Assembly (NCBI RefSeq): GCF_963676685.1
Contig: NC_092354.1
Location: forward strand, 26,908,001-26,972,000
Direction of reading: 5' to 3'
DNA length: 64,000 bases
DNA from: Mytilus edulis
Lineage: Eukaryota
Shown here: positions 36,906 to 50,940 of the stretch, piece after piece
Position numbering within the stretch: position 1 is the first letter of the stretch
Layout of the letters: the number at the start of each line of letters is the position of its first letter
Program-made: the position numbers and the translations under genes
Notes under the pieces: model-generated
Database searches by the model: none
The model's input: the letters and a program-made list of their open reading frames with translations, nothing else
What the model was told of the DNA's origin: nothing

Positions 36906-37565
36906 AAAACGAGATATCATTGCAAAAGGATGCTGTCATGAAAGTCTCCCAAACGAACACCAATTGAATACCCTCCTCTCCAAAATGTGTTTCACCTAGG
37001 GCCTGTATAATGCTGGAAATGCCTTTAAATGTTTTTTGGAAACACCCTTCAAAATAAATTTGGGCAGGGGTTCCCTGCTTCTGTGCTTCCTCCTCTGTGC
37101 TCTCTTCTTCTGCTATCTTCTTAACAAGAACCTCCTCTGTGCTCTCTTCTCCTATCTTCTTTCCAAGAACTGTTTTAAGAAAAGTGGAAGAATTAACTAT
37201 ACATTCCACTTGTTGTTCGAATATAGGTTGTTATGATGTAAAAACCGGATGTTTCTAATAAAATCAAGGAGCCATAATTGTTTACCTACGACCGGGTCAT
37301 TTTCTATCATCGTTTTTATGACAAATGAAATGTATTAGTTGGATACACTCGCTCGTGAAACGATTTTTGTTGGTAAATTTAACAATAAATTAAAAAAAAA
37401 TATTTTTGTATTATTTTCTGGGCATAAGTTTATGTATTTAGTTGTAATTTAACAGTGGTTTCGAAGATACTTTGAGAAATAAATATACTTTTGTGTCTAC
37501 ATGCAATATACAGAAAGGAAAAAAAGGTGGGGGGATGATTAAAGACATCAAAAGATACAATATAT

Positions 37566-37853
37566 CTATTTAGACAGAGATTCATAATAAATCTTACCTT
37601 TAACTTTGCATCCATTGATGCCTATGCCAGCCCCCGACCCAACCCGTACTACAGTGGATGGGGACTGACATATCACAATGGTGGTGGTGTGGTGCATCGT
37701 GATGCACCTCAAACCCCTTCCACATTTCAGTATTGTCTCAGATACTCTTGTGCAGACTCTAAACCCTCGAACCCATTTCTCTTCTTTTAACTGGGCGAAG
37801 GCGGCATTTATACATATGAGTAGTCCTAATGCAAAAATTACACGTCCTGCCAT
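37566..37853 (-). CDS. Orphan intronless 95-aa putative secreted, cationic, Cys-containing protein
   Basis: AAAAATGG start; signal-like MAGRVIFALGLLICINAAFA; mature part has 5 Cys; GC-richer than its flanks. Confidence 0.5.
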   Translation of the reverse strand: MAGRVIFALGLLICINAAFAQLKEEKWVRGFRVCTRVSETILKCGRGLRCITMHHTTTIVICQSPSTVVRVGSGAGIGINGCKVKGKIYYESLSK

Positions 37854-38730
37854 TTTTATTTCTCGGTCAATATGTGATAACGAGGGAGGAAGGATACACG
37901 ATGCATGCATTTTTTACTATTTATTTTAGTAAGTATTTTTTATTATTATATGAATTTAAAAATAAAAAGTGAATAAATGAATATTTTTACGGAAAAACTA
38001 TTCGAATCCAACTTTTACACATAATTTTTTTTGTTATCTAGTTTTTTCTAGCCCAGGTTATGTGTAAATTTCCAACAATCTATGGCTTCCATGAATTGTT
38101 TCTTAAATAGATTTATGCTAGGTCTTTTTAGTAATGGACAGTGATCTATTTATCTACACATTTTTTAATTGTTTTTTTTAAATTTCCTTTATATATAGAT
38201 GTTAAATTGATTTTGATATCTTTGTTTAGGAAATTGAACTACGATGTGCAAAAAACCTAAAGGATAATGAATATTACAAACTCTCGTCTTTAAACCCAAA
38301 GACTCAATTCAGATGAAAAAGAGACAGGAACCAAAGAAGTAAGTGCAGGATAATTGTTTTTCTCAAACATTAATGTTGTGCAAACCTTTAAATACTATTA
38401 TTGCATATAAAAATGGGTTTATAACCTGAGAACGGAAAGAGTAAATTATATGTATAAATAATATATTCATCCTCGATTCAAACTTGATCTGTGTTTTGTG
38501 AAAATCAGCATTCTTTTTAACATATTAATGTTGTATTTCTTTTATGTCGTAGTTTTCCTCTTATATTTGATGTGTTTCCCTCGGTTTTAGTTTGTAACCT
38601 TGATTTGTTTTTATTTCTCGATTTCTGAATTTCAAACAGCGGTATACTACTGTTGCATTTGTCACAACCGGAAGATGTAGGGTCAAATGAAATGTCATAT
38701 TTATATGACACATATATATCAATATAGTAC

Positions 38731-39141
38731 ACCCCAAGGGTGACTGGGGTATAGAAATATGGTCACTTGGTCTTCTCCCGACCGGCAGTAAAACGCTTGC
38801 TGAAGTGGGGCGTCCGTTTGGCTGTGCGGGATTTTTTAAGTTCTCAGTCACATCCGTCAGAAAGGGACGTTAAATCCGATGCCTCGTGTAAAGAGAGTGC
38901 CACGCTCTTTGCACGTTAAGAACCCTTACAACAACTCTTTGAGGGGTCCGTAGGTGGCCTGTTGCAAGGCAAAATTTCTGTCCCTATCCAATATACCCTC
39001 ATTTTCCAGTGGCAGTCCAAATTTCCCCGACCATCATCCTAGATGGCCTCTATTACAACAACCTACCTATTGTATTTATTGTGAATTTGTTCTCGTCCTG
39101 AATATGCATGAAACATTTGCCACTGGACGTTAAGCAACCGA
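38731..39141 (+). mobile_element. SINE copy with truncated tail
   Basis: Direct match to the 33009 family. Confidence 0.88.
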
Positions 39142-39339
39142 CGTTCAATTTTGTAAAACGCAGATTTTAAAATTCCTTTTCCGGCATCGTCCGGTATTAA
39201 GAAAACGCCATTGTAATGCTTCCGGCTGCTCGGAAGTTATCGACCTATCTTTTGGTAACTAACTGACTTCCGAAGAGGCAAACATGCATTTTATGAAATG
39301 GCTTTCCCCCTTTCTCTACTTCTCCTTGACAAAACGAAA

Positions 39340-39700
39340 ATGTCCCGAGTCGGGACCATCCGCACCAAAAATTAAGAAAAAAGCACAGCGTTATAGGCGG
39401 AATATTCGCTGGAATACCCTTGCCTGATCAAGTCATCAAGGGAAGGTTTAGTAACGTGAACTGCACATATTGCAAACAAGATGTCAGTGTGTTGCATGGG
39501 GGTAGTGACGACTGTAAGCGGCATAACGAGTAAAAAAAACCATGACAGCAATGCAATGTTACAAGATGACAATTCTAAACTTTCATCAAGAAAAGAAGAA
39601 TCCCCAATTAAAGTGGCAAATGCTGAAACTTTATTTACAAATGTTCCAATTGAACATAATGTTCCAATTGAACATAATGTCCCAATTGCAGTCGGTGAAA
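39340..39700 (+). pseudogene. N-terminal relic of a second hAT-like transposase (BED finger)
   Basis: QRYRAEYSLEYPCL, CTYCKQDVSVLHGGSDDCKRH and VANAETLF..IEHNVPIAVG across frameshifts and stops. Confidence 0.55.
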
Positions 39701-39954
39701 AAAAATATAATCATGATACAGTTCTTCACTCCTATTTGCTGATGATTGAAAAGTTTAGTGACTTAATTTAATTATTGTTTTTATCTTTGAACATAATGTT
39801 ATGGTGATTGTTATCAATTTATTGTATAAGTAATACCCACTAATCAACAAGATAATCTGTTTATTACACCAGTAAATAGATACACTTTTTAATAAACTGT
39901 TATCACAGAGATATGTCTCGCCTTTTTGTAATTTTGGCAATGAATTGTACCAAT

Positions 39955-40435
39955 TAATGTTAATACAATTGCAAACCAAATATCAATGACCTACCTACCA
40001 CAAGTGGATCCCCATAAATTGACCTAATCACAAACTAATACATGTAATGTAAGCAAACCAATCAAAGTCAATAGACCATGACTGAGGGGGCGGAGCCAAA
40101 TAATCTCCATGGCAATGAGATGTGACAATGCTAATACATCTGCATACCAATTATCATTGATGTACCACAAGTGGATCTCCATAAACTGACCTAATCACAA
40201 AGTAATACATGTAAAGTAAGCAAACCATTCAAAGTCAATAGACCATGACTGAGGGGGCGGAGCCAAATAATCTCCATGGCAATGAAATGTGGCAATGGTA
40301 ATACATCTGCATACCACTAGTGGTTCCCCATAAAACTGAGCTAATCACAAACTAATACATTGTTGACGCCGTCGCCGACGCCGGAAACAGCATACCTATG
40401 TCTCGCTTTTTCACTCCGTCAAGGCGAGACAATAA
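39955..40435. mobile_element. HINE-like fragment with ~165-bp tandem units
   Basis: Two to three repeats of caaagtcaatagaccatgactgagggggcggagcc..., a GACGCC microsatellite, and a terminal hairpin tgtctcgc...gcgagaca. Confidence 0.6.
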
Positions 40436-41467
40436 CACTTCGATTAGAAACGTAGACTTAGTGTAAGGAACTCTTTTCAAATGCAGTCAATAAACACGAA
40501 TAAAGGACAATAAAAAAAATAAAAACTCAAGATATTATTTGTATTAGAAGTTATACCTACATCATCTCCATTAATATTGATTTAGATGTCGTACCCACAC
40601 AGATTTAGTGAAAGAACATATAATCATAAACGATGACTATTGCCGGTAATAAAACATTAGCTTATTCAAGTGTGACGTAATGATTGTCTAAGACCAGGAT
40701 CAACGCTTATATGCCAAGGGGAACTTGAAGAAAGGTGTTCCTGCCAGAAGAAGTGTTAATCTAGATAGTATAGGAGTAAAAATTATATGGATTCACATAT
40801 TTAAAGCCTGCCTATTATATTAACTAGTGGGTAAATATTTTTTTTTACCAACCTCTCCCTTTTTACAAATAAATGAAATAAAAATATTAGCCATAGGAAA
40901 TACCGATTTCTTTGCATTTGCATGTGGAGGACAACTATATAACAAAGGTGCAATCCATTTTTTTCAATATGTTCGACTGACTGATATGCATAGAATTCTG
41001 CAACTTAATGACAACAGCTCAGGTATAGAAAAGGGACGAAAGATATTATAAAGGGACAGTCAAACTCGTTGATTGAAAATAAACTGACAACTCCATGGCC
41101 ATATTTCATTCATGATGGATAGTTGTCTTATTGCCGATCATACCCTATCTCCTTATTATTGGCAAGGTTGCGACTGTCGGACAGCTCAACATTGGGATAG
41201 TGTTCCGGTATTTGCGATGGCGTTAACTAACTTTTCGAAAGCTTGATATTTTTGAAGATGGAAGACCTGGATGTTTTATACTTTTGTTTAGAAGTCTCCG
41301 TCTGTCACATTTCTATTGTCCTTACCCTTACATGGTTCAGTGTCTACTTGCGGAAAAGTAAAGGTGAACATGTCCAACTGTCGGATGCCATCTGACTTTG
41401 ATTTAAATATCCCAAAAACCCATGACAGGCTTTCAGTCACAATGTACTATTAATGATAAAAAAAATG

Positions 41468-41850
41468 GATTGATTGTTGGTTGCTTAACGTCCAGTGGCA
41501 AATATTTCATGCATATTCAGGACGAGAACAAGTTCACAATAAATACAATAGGTAGGTCTGGTCATAATAGAGGCCTTTTGGGATGATGATCGGATATGGA
41601 CAGAAATTTTGCCTTGCAGCAGGCCACCTACGGACCCCATTAAGAGGTGTTGCAAGGGTTTTTAACGTGCAAAGAGCGTGACACTCTCTTTACACGAGGC
41701 ATCGGATTTAACGTTCACATTCTGACCGGACGTTACTGCGAACTTAATTCTTCCTGCACAGCAAATCGGACGCCCCACTTCGGCAAGCGTTATACTGCCG
41801 GTCGGGAGAAGACCAAGTGACCATATTTCTATACCCCAGTTACCCTTGGG
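41468..41850 (-). mobile_element. SINE copy, diverged, with an internal deletion
   Basis: Reverse-complement match to the 33009 family. Confidence 0.85.
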
Positions 41851-42974
41851 GGGGGGGATAAAAAAAAATGGAAGTGTGGCTTTTATTGTTTGGCTTTATG
41901 TACTATATTCAGTGGTATATTCAGAGTAACCAATACCTGAAAATGTCCGCCAAGGGGGAAAACTACGAGTTCAATTGCCAACAAGAACTCCAATTTAGTG
42001 CAAGAAAACCATACAGAGATTGTTGAAAGAAAATTAAAAAAAATGGTCAAATTGTATTGTAACTAATCAGAATCTTAAATATTGAAAAACAGATGTGGGC
42101 AAGTGCACAAAAATTGCCTAATTACCCCTTATGTTATTAATTAAAAAAAAAACAGCTGTAGCTTACATATTTAATTAATGTTTAATCTCTTAATTTTTTT
42201 CTATTGAATAGAATTATCATGGTTTTCCCTAAAATGTGTTATAAGTTCTGTTTTTGATGCAGATATTGCAATCATCACCTTGTTGTAGCAGTAGTTTTCT
42301 CAGCTGGCTTATATGCTGCACATCTTTAAGAATGTGGCCAAAAAGGGTTGTCCTGTTGCTTAAATACATCCAAAGCAAATTCTCAGCGCCTCCCTTCATC
42401 GGTTGAATGTAACCTATGCGGGAAATGGTTACATGATATGAATTCAAGTTAAAGCATAAAATATTAAAGGGCGATCCTTTTTTGTGGGTTTTGACAGATT
42501 ACTTATTAGTATTTGCCCATTAGGGAGATATTTTTACTTACAAAAGTAACTTATTTTCGAAAAAAAATTCGATCAAATATTACCGGAAAATAAAACAAGA
42601 TTTTTAAACGCATGGAATCAGGCTCATATTGTGGTCATTTGTCCATTCAAAATAATCTTTTTGGTTTTGTTTATCTGCATTCTAATTAACAACTTGTCTG
42701 AAATTGAGTATGCTTTATAAGTGCGTTTCACATTGCAATATGCAAAAATATATTATGGGTTTTGGATGGGGGTCCTATTTTCTTTATTTTGTATTTTTAG
42801 ACCTTATTTTTATTTGCTCATTATCTTTTCATTATGTTTAATGACTTGACGAAACATTATCAAGTCTTCCGTATGAAGATGAATTTCCTGAAAATGAACC
42901 TGTAAATGGCACAGGTTTTGGCAAGATTTAATATAACTTATATGTTATTAGTAATTAATAACTGTACAGGCATC

Positions 42975-44040
42975 TGACAGTTCCTTTCTACTGTACAATC
43001 AAACTCACTCCCAATGTCTGCAATCCCTTCAAATGCATTTTTGTTTTTGTACTGGCCAGCGCATCTATCAGAAAACTGGATATGATGGTCAATTGTTAAA
43101 CCTCTCCTTTGGATTAAATGTTCATTTTCCTTTCTTATAAATGTGCTTACAGCATAAAAGTCATGCTTTAGGTCTCCAGATAATATTACTATGTCTGCTT
43201 TGACTGTTTCACCGCATGTTTTGCATTTGTAGTAACAAATACTTGGGAGAACGATCACTTGTTCTGCAGACCAATGAGCTGATTGGCCATCATCCTGATA
43301 GAAACATGTATAATTCTGTCCAAAATCAAGAACCATAACAACCGTTCGAGGTTGTAAATTTGATGTTATATGGCTAAATTGTCTCTGCTGCCATGTTGCA
43401 ACAAAGAGGTGTATTGAGAGTTCTGTCAATTCTTTCTTCAACTCTGCAATCAATTCAAATCCACTTCCAGTTAAACATTTCAGTCCTTTCTTACTTGTTA
43501 TCTAGTGCCATCCTTTCTTGTTATAGTATCCCATTTGTACCAGGTCAATGTACATTTTTTCATCACACACCTGATTTACCAATTCATTTAACATGCTTAC
43601 ACCGCAGCTAGAGCAATCCCTGTAGATGCATTCCCTCTTATGGAACAAGGCACCATTAGGTTTGGGACATAATGTCTTATTAACTGTATTATACTTATTT
43701 TCTGGAAAACTTTTTATTTTATACTTCAGAGTTTTTATTTTCAAAGAAATATTGGCACAGTATTCACAGATACATTGTTGTAAAGGTGTATTACTGAATG
43801 TCTTTAAATTTGGTGGTTTTAAGGAGCAGAACGTACTTGTTAAATCCAATATGAGTATCTTGGTTCTGCTCTAAAAAATCAGTATGTGTTTGTTTTAAAG
43901 TCTTTTCTAATGTATACACATTTTTTCCTTTGATTACTTTGCTAATATCAGGTAATACTGTTGATGCCTACGGTCTCATATAAAAATCTTTGACCTTTTT
44001 CAAAACAGTCTCCTCAATTGCATCTTTTCTTGTAATCCAC
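42975..44040 (-). pseudogene. Degenerate second Sola2-type transposase
   Basis: FCSLKPPNLK..QQCICEYC, CPKP..HKREC..CSSCG, HLFVATWQ, VLDFGQNY and FSDRCAGQYKNK, collinear with the 4897-1 transposase; frameshifted and truncated before the third Asp. Confidence 0.85.
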
Positions 44041-45285
44041 ACTTCAGTATTCAGTTTTGACACTTTTTGTAAATAGTTGTATCTTAGGCCACACCAATTT
44101 GATTCCTTGCTTGACGGACCCGCCCGCGCCTATTTTTTTCAAAACAGAATTTTTTTATTTTTTTTATATTCCCGCATCCGGAAATGTAATCATGTCCATT
44201 TCCCGCACCGTTTTTTTTTGTTGTAAATATTATAAAAAGATATCAACATTTGTTTTTAAAATCACAGTCTAACCTGTATGTAACGATTTTAAACTTAAAA
44301 GCACCCCACCACACTTTGTAAATATCTGTGAGAATATTTGTTTCAGCATGAAACCTATTTATCCAAAGCGGGAGTGCTCCGATATAAATTTAGAAATACC
44401 TGTAAAGAAATAAAAAAAAATGGTTACTTTCCCCCTTACTTATATTCCCTATCAAAAAATGTTCGTTGTTAGAATAAAGTTCAAAGAACTTCTGAAGGAT
44501 TTGCCTTCAACTGCAATTATATTGTATGCTGGCGAAACAAAACTATCCATAGCCGCTGCATGTTTATGCACCTGTCCTGATTGATTGAGGGGCCTGTCGT
44601 TCAGCAGTTATCGTTTGTTGATGTTGTTCATTGGTATTTTCCCGTTTGGATATACATGATATATAAATTAGATCGTTGGTTTTCCTGTTCGAATTGTGTA
44701 CGCTAATAATTTTGGGGTCCTTTATAGCCTGCTGTTTGGTCTGTATCAAAGCCCTTTGTAAAAGGCCGTTTTTTTACCTGTGTTTGTTATTATCAGGTTG
44801 AGAACACTTGAACCCTCCCTCAGACAAGAGGTCATTTTACTGATGTAGAAAAGAAAATTGAAATGCCAAGGATTTGTATAGTTCTCTCTGTTAAATCTGG
44901 GAGAGGGTAAAGTACCTGATAACTTTACTTAAGCATGTATGTTTTATATAGACATCAACTCATATTTTTATAGAATTCATTATTGCAAATAAATAAACTT
45001 AGATAGCATATGCAATACTATTAGTTGAATATAGTTTTATATATAGAACATAATTGATTCATCATTATCATTTAGTTTGCAAATTGAAAATAGATTGTCA
45101 GGTCAAAGGTGACTTTCCCACGTTTTTCAAAGCTGCATTTTATCAGCGACATTCTCGGGACGACATTTTTGAATAATTCACTTAACAGATCATCCACGTA
45201 GTTGAAGAGATTAAAACAGACTTTGGTAAGCATTTTTACATTCTTATAAATATTTTTATTTTATGTTACCACATTTATAGACATT

Positions 45286-46408
45286 ATGAATGTACCTTAT
45301 ATGATAGAAGGTTGTGTTGCTGGGAATATTCATCAGGGGTGCAATATTTTTAGGAACGCAGGTGTCCAATGCACGGCGATAGCATACATGGCAATTGTTA
45401 CAATTTTTCTTTACAACTCGAATGTTCAAAATTCTTTAGGAAATCCTTTAAATAACTTTTCATCTCAGATTATCGACGATATTGTTGTCAACGGCAATCA
45501 AGTGTATGAAAATCTGTTAATAGAAAACGGATTTCCGGAAGGTCATTATCTAGCACATGACGGTAGTAGGTAATATTAATTCAGTGGTTTATTCAGACAT
45601 GCTATATGGAATGATCGGCCAAACTACATACGAACAAGGTAGTGGTGCTCTTAACTTTCAAGAAGCATTTAATACTGGTTTTCAGGTATCAGATTTCTTG
45701 CTATGTACATTTGGGGACCTGTCCATAGCAGTAGCTCATGTTAATACCGTGTATTACGTATTTGATTCTCATAGTAGGAATACTTTAGGACAATTCAGTG
45801 AATCAGGCAGCTCAGTTTTATTACAATTTAATAGTATGTCATCAGTTGTAAATTACTTAAATAGCATGTATGGTGGTGCATATTGTAATATATCCCCTGT
45901 TATTCTGCAGTATGATGGCCATGCATGTATAAACAATGAGATAAGTATGAATACGACTACAACAGAAAATACTGCTTGTATGCATGTCAATGGCTCTGAT
46001 ATTGTGAATGAATATTTACAAAAGTCTGAAGATTTTAGAATGAATAGAAATGAAGTGGATCAAGCTACTTTAATAAATATTGAAGAAACCAATACACTGA
46101 AACGAAAATTTGACAGAAGTGATCACATGTATTCTTTATCATTAACCAAAAAACGAAAAAATTCAAAAAGAGTGAAAGTATCAAACAAGTCTGATTTTCA
46201 TATAGTTATGGATATGAATAATGACCCAAAAAGAAATTTTATCACAGTTTTAAATGGAAGTGTGAGTGAAGTTTTAAATGTTTCATCCTCAGAATTGACA
46301 CATTTAGATAAAAATGCAAAATCAGATGCAAAGTTGGTCAGACCAAATAAACCAAGAAGAGACAGACACAAACAAGGAAACATTCAGGAAAGCAATACTT
46401 TAAATTAA
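45286..46408 (+). pseudogene. Herpesvirus-tegument-like (peptidase C76-type) cysteine-protease domain, frameshifted near 45560; probable Helentron N-terminus
   Basis: GNIHQG..F.NAGVQCTA, IDDIVVNGNQVY and YYVFDSHSRN..G....GSSVL; preceded by a short GT-AG intron. Confidence 0.7.
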
Positions 46409-46597
46409 AGCTTGTGAATTGAAGTTAAAGAAGTAGATATTTCCATTCTGTTAAATGTCAGATTTAGTTGATCATTGCCAGGGGAGTTACCAACAAATAT
46501 ATATCTTGATATTAACAAAAAAAAAACGATTTAAGTAAATATTTCATGTGGCAGGCTTATATTCTATATATTGAGAAATTATACGATTCAATTTAGG

Positions 46598-47680
46598 TTA
46601 GCCCAGCAACTACAAAACCGGTAGGTGGAAATGATGTACTATTTCAAGAAATATCACTTAAAGACAGTACAGGAAAAGCGACAGTTGCAGTGTGGGATTC
46701 TATGGTAGACACCATACAGAAAGGCAAAGTAATCAACATCAGTAAATGTAGAGTACGACTTTTTAATGCAGAGAAAAAACTATCAACAACGAAGGCTAGT
46801 GTTTTAGAGGTTTGTACATGTATATGTTTAACTATAGAAAGTTAAGTGCAACTGCTTTATATAATAATTATTAGTGACAAAAGGTTTTTATCGCATTTTG
46901 TATAGTTTTCATAATAATTTATGAATCCAAATACACAAATAGAAGTTGCTCTTCTCTTGCGAGAAGGTTGCAATATTTAAAGTTTACATCTTCAATGTGC
47001 AAGCATATTAGAATTTAAAGTGTAAATTCTGTGACTGGACAGAAGGAGAATCTGTTTTCCTCTTTCATTTTTTAGATCTATTCAGAATAACTGTGTCCAT
47101 GTTTTGCTTGCCACTAACGTTTTGAAAAACATGACATAATTATCAATTTCCGACAAATCACAAAACCTAAAATTACCATACATAAGACGGGTGAATAAAT
47201 ATAAGTGAGGTCTAGAGAGTTGTATTGATTCTGAAGAAATGAGTTGCACTTATATTAACTTAGTTATTCAATTAGCACATCTTTTAATTCATTGGTATTT
47301 AAGCAACAACTCTTCACTGTGTTTTATCATTATGTTACAGGTAGTTGCAGAGAGTGAACTTCAAGAGCTACCAATAAGCTCTGATGATGATGATGATGAT
47401 GCTGACAGAACTGATGAAGCTGCGCCTAGTCATATGCCAGTTGGTAGTGTTATTGCAGTCTTCGAAGTAGATCCTTATCTTGCATGTCCTATCAACTCAT
47501 GCAGTAATAAGAAATTAGTCACAGTACATCAGAATCAATTATATGTGATGAGATGTAGTAAATGTAATGGAACTTTCAGAGCATCTACTGCAAAAACATA
47601 TTTGAGAGTAGTTGTCCTCTAAAACACAGAAAATAGAAACAAAAAATGTGCAATGTTTCTTCCAACAATTAAACAGGTGT
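46598..47680 (+). pseudogene. RPA70-like OB-fold/zinc-ribbon exons (Helitron/Helentron-associated)
   Basis: Exon of ~46598-46809 VSPATTK..EISLKDSTGKATVAVWD..GKVINISKCRV; exon from 47341 with YLACPINSCSNKKL..CSKC; in-frame stop at 47620-47622. Confidence 0.65.
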
Positions 47681-47689
47681 TTCAGTCAA

Positions 47690-48790
47690 GTGTTACCTAC
47701 ATGTATATTTATAATTTTCCACATTTTACTATAAATTTGGTCGCTTTTTGGGATAATTGTATTTGAAGTAACCGTAAATCGGTCATTTGATCAAGACAAT
47801 TCTTTAATATGTATTGACAATTGTATAAGAAGTACACTTGAACCAATTATAGCTTAATATAAAAAATTGCAACATTTTATTTTTAGTAAATTTTACCAAT
47901 CTTTTTATATTCATTCAGATGTTACCTATATTGATAATTTTGTTACCTTTAACGATAATTTTTCCACATTTTACTGTAAATTTGTCGAGTTTTTGGATAA
48001 TTGTATTTGATGTAACCTTAAATCGGTCATTTGATCAAGACAATTCTCTAATATGTATTGACAATTGTATAAGAACTAAACTTGAACCTCTTTCATGTAA
48101 ACTGAAAATCTAATAGAGTGTAACAAATAATTCAAATAAAACATGTGTCCCGGACCGACCATTTTACAGGCATGTTTCTTCCGGAAATAATATATTTGAT
48201 TCTGAATTTTGAGAAAAACATTTTATCTGGCCAGGTAAGGAAGATAAAAAATCTTATCTTGAATAATTACCACAAATAATAATAAGGATACACAAATGGT
48301 AGGTTCGTACTAGTTTAAATGTTTAACCGAAAATTTGAAAACTTTTTTTTATAATTGTATTTGATGTTACCTTTAATCGGTCATTTGATTAAGATAATTT
48401 TCTTTTATGTTCTAACATTTGTGTCAGATATAAACAAGATCAAACCACAGCTACGTTCAAAATTTACATTTTTCAGTTAATTTAACCATTTTTAGGAAAA
48501 TTGTATTAGATAAAACCGAAATCGACAACTTTTTATGAATAATTGTACAGAATATGTTTTAAACCTGCCATCGGTATATTAATAATTTTTCACATTATAC
48601 TGTAAATTTGACAACTTTTATAATAATTGTATTTCATTTTTACCTTAAATCGGTCATTTGAACAAGATAGTTTTCTTATACGTATTGACAATTGTATTAT
48701 AAGTAAAATTCAACCAACTACGTTTATTGAAAATTTGCATCATTTTTCAACAAATTTTACCATTCTTTGGATAATTCAATCAGAATTTGT
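47690..48790. repeat. Diverged tandem repeats, ~240-350 bp period
   Basis: ataattgtatttgatgtaaccttaaatcggtcatttgatcaagac recurs near 47754, 47997, 48351 and 48623. Confidence 0.7.
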
Positions 48791-50188
48791 GGACGCTGAC
48801 GAAACAGAATGTAGGATCACTCACTATGTCTCGCTTTTTTGTATTCACTCAAAGGCTCAACAAAAGTAATTTTTAAATGTATTTTAGTAAATAGTTTGTT
48901 ATATTTTTTTTTTTAGCAAAAGCAGTGGGAAAAAACGATCTTTCCCATACAGGAAAGTTAGATATTCAAAAATAGTAGTGAATGATCTCCCCCTTGATGT
49001 TCTCCCCCTAACACCTATGTCAGATTATGAGGAGAAAAAAAATCAAAATAATTTTACAAATAAAGGAAATTTAGGTAAAAATGCAATTACAATTAGACAT
49101 TTTAACTTTTATATCCATCAAGCATCACCGTCAATGGATGCCCTACCTCATGTAGTTGCTCGGGTAAGACTGTTGATTGCAGATACAGATCTCTTACGAC
49201 AGTTCCATCTAATATACCGATCTCAACAACTAGATTGTAAGTATTTATTTTCATAAGAAACTTTTCAAAAGTGTTTCTTAAACTAAAAACAACATACGAT
49301 ACGTATTTTAGTGCTCATGAACAATCTTTATTTCGATGTCCACAACAAACGTCAGAAAGTCTTTTCGATCAAATATTGTTGTGAGTCAAATCTGTTGATA
49401 CTATCTAGAATATCCGTTGCAGTATAACTGAAGGATGTATATTCCCTCACTTTGCAATTATTAGTAACATTTTGGACATTTTAATGTCAATATTTGCAGT
49501 ATTAACGTTAACAAAAAAGAAAAGAAAAGAACGACTGTATTTTGACGCTTTGTTGCCTTTATTTGTACGTGCCATTTTTGTCGTGACAATAACTGTTGTA
49601 TAAGATTGACGAGGCTAGGCAATATGCCTCTTTACATGCACTATGAACGAAAGGGCAAACAATTTCATCGTTCAATAATGGAACCAGAAAAACTTGAGCA
49701 TGCCTTAAAGTTTATTTTTTTTTATCCACAGTTCATTAATAATCATTTCGAACCCGTGAACTTAAATTAGAAAATGGTGATAAAATAATGATTCCAAAAG
49801 GGAACTACGGACATGACATATAGTTCCAAATAAATGAATTATCCTGCAACTATGCCTTGAGATGCCAAGAATTTTATGCGTCTCATGGAATCTCATGGAA
49901 TCCCAATTCTTCACATTCATTTGTGTTTAACTTTGCATAATGACTTTAAATACAATTTATGCCTGAGCTGCTCTGGTTAAGTTTTGCGTTTATGTTCTGA
50001 TATTCTTTTGGAACTAAATATATTGCATCAACTAAACTTCTTCAATGGATGTGCCCTGGATAGTACTGAGCATTCACAAGTGATGACCTACATTTGAGAT
50101 TAGGACTCTAGACTAAGTCATGTTTTGAGGTATTGTTTTTTTTTTCTTCATTATTCTGCTGCTCGTGAGATCTTGAAAGGACGCTGTT

Positions 50189-50490
50189 CAGATGAACGAT
50201 GGTGAAGGTTGAACTGATGATCTGAGCTCTGGAAATGATGATGGTCAGATGAACGATCGTGAAGGTTGTACTGCTGATTTGAGCTCTGGAAATGATGATG
50301 GTCAGATGAATGATGGTGAAGGTTGTACTGCTGATTTGAGCTATGGAAAAGACGATGGTCAGATGAATGATGGTGAAGGTTGTACTGCTGATTTGAGCTC
50401 TGGAAATGATGATGGTGAAGGTTGTACTGCTGATTTGAGCTCTGGAAAAGACGATGGTCAGATGAATGATGGTGAACTGCTGATCTGAGA
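50189..50490. repeat. 60/45-bp minisatellite
   Basis: Repeats of gatggtcagatgaatgatggtgaaggttgtactgctgatttgagctctggaaa. Confidence 0.85.
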
Positions 50491-50510
50491 TCTGTAAAGG
50501 AAAATTGTCC

Positions 50511-50940
50511 GATTGATTGATTGTTAGTTGCTTAACGTCCAGTGGCAAGTATTTCATGCATATTCAGGACGAGAACAAGTTCACAATAAATACTATAGGT
50601 AGGTCTTGAAATAATAGAGGCCATCGGAGATGGTCGGGGAAATTTGGACTGCCACTGGAAAATGAGGGTATTTTGGATAAGGACAGACATTTTGCTTTGC
50701 AACAGGCCACCTACGGACCCCTCAAAGAGTTGTTGCAAGGTTGCAAGGGTTCTTAACGTGCAAAAAGCGTGGCACTCTCCTTACACGAGGCATCGGATGT
50801 AACGTCCCCTTCGCACGGACGTGACTGCGAACTTGATACATCCCTCACAGCCAAACGGACGCCCCACTTCGGCAAGCGTTTTACTGCCGGTCGGGAGAAG
50901 ACCAAGTGACCATATTTCTATACCCCAGTCACCCTTGGGG
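50511..50940 (-). mobile_element. SINE copy
   Basis: Reverse-complement match to the 33009 family. Confidence 0.88.

Noticed and set aside
36904-37209. 101-aa Glu-rich ORF
   Set aside because: Non-ATG start, driven by a short internal duplication, and its end runs into a HINE relic.
50108-50557. Repetitive ORFs on both strands
   Set aside because: Minisatellite plus SINE tail translations; no splice or domain support.
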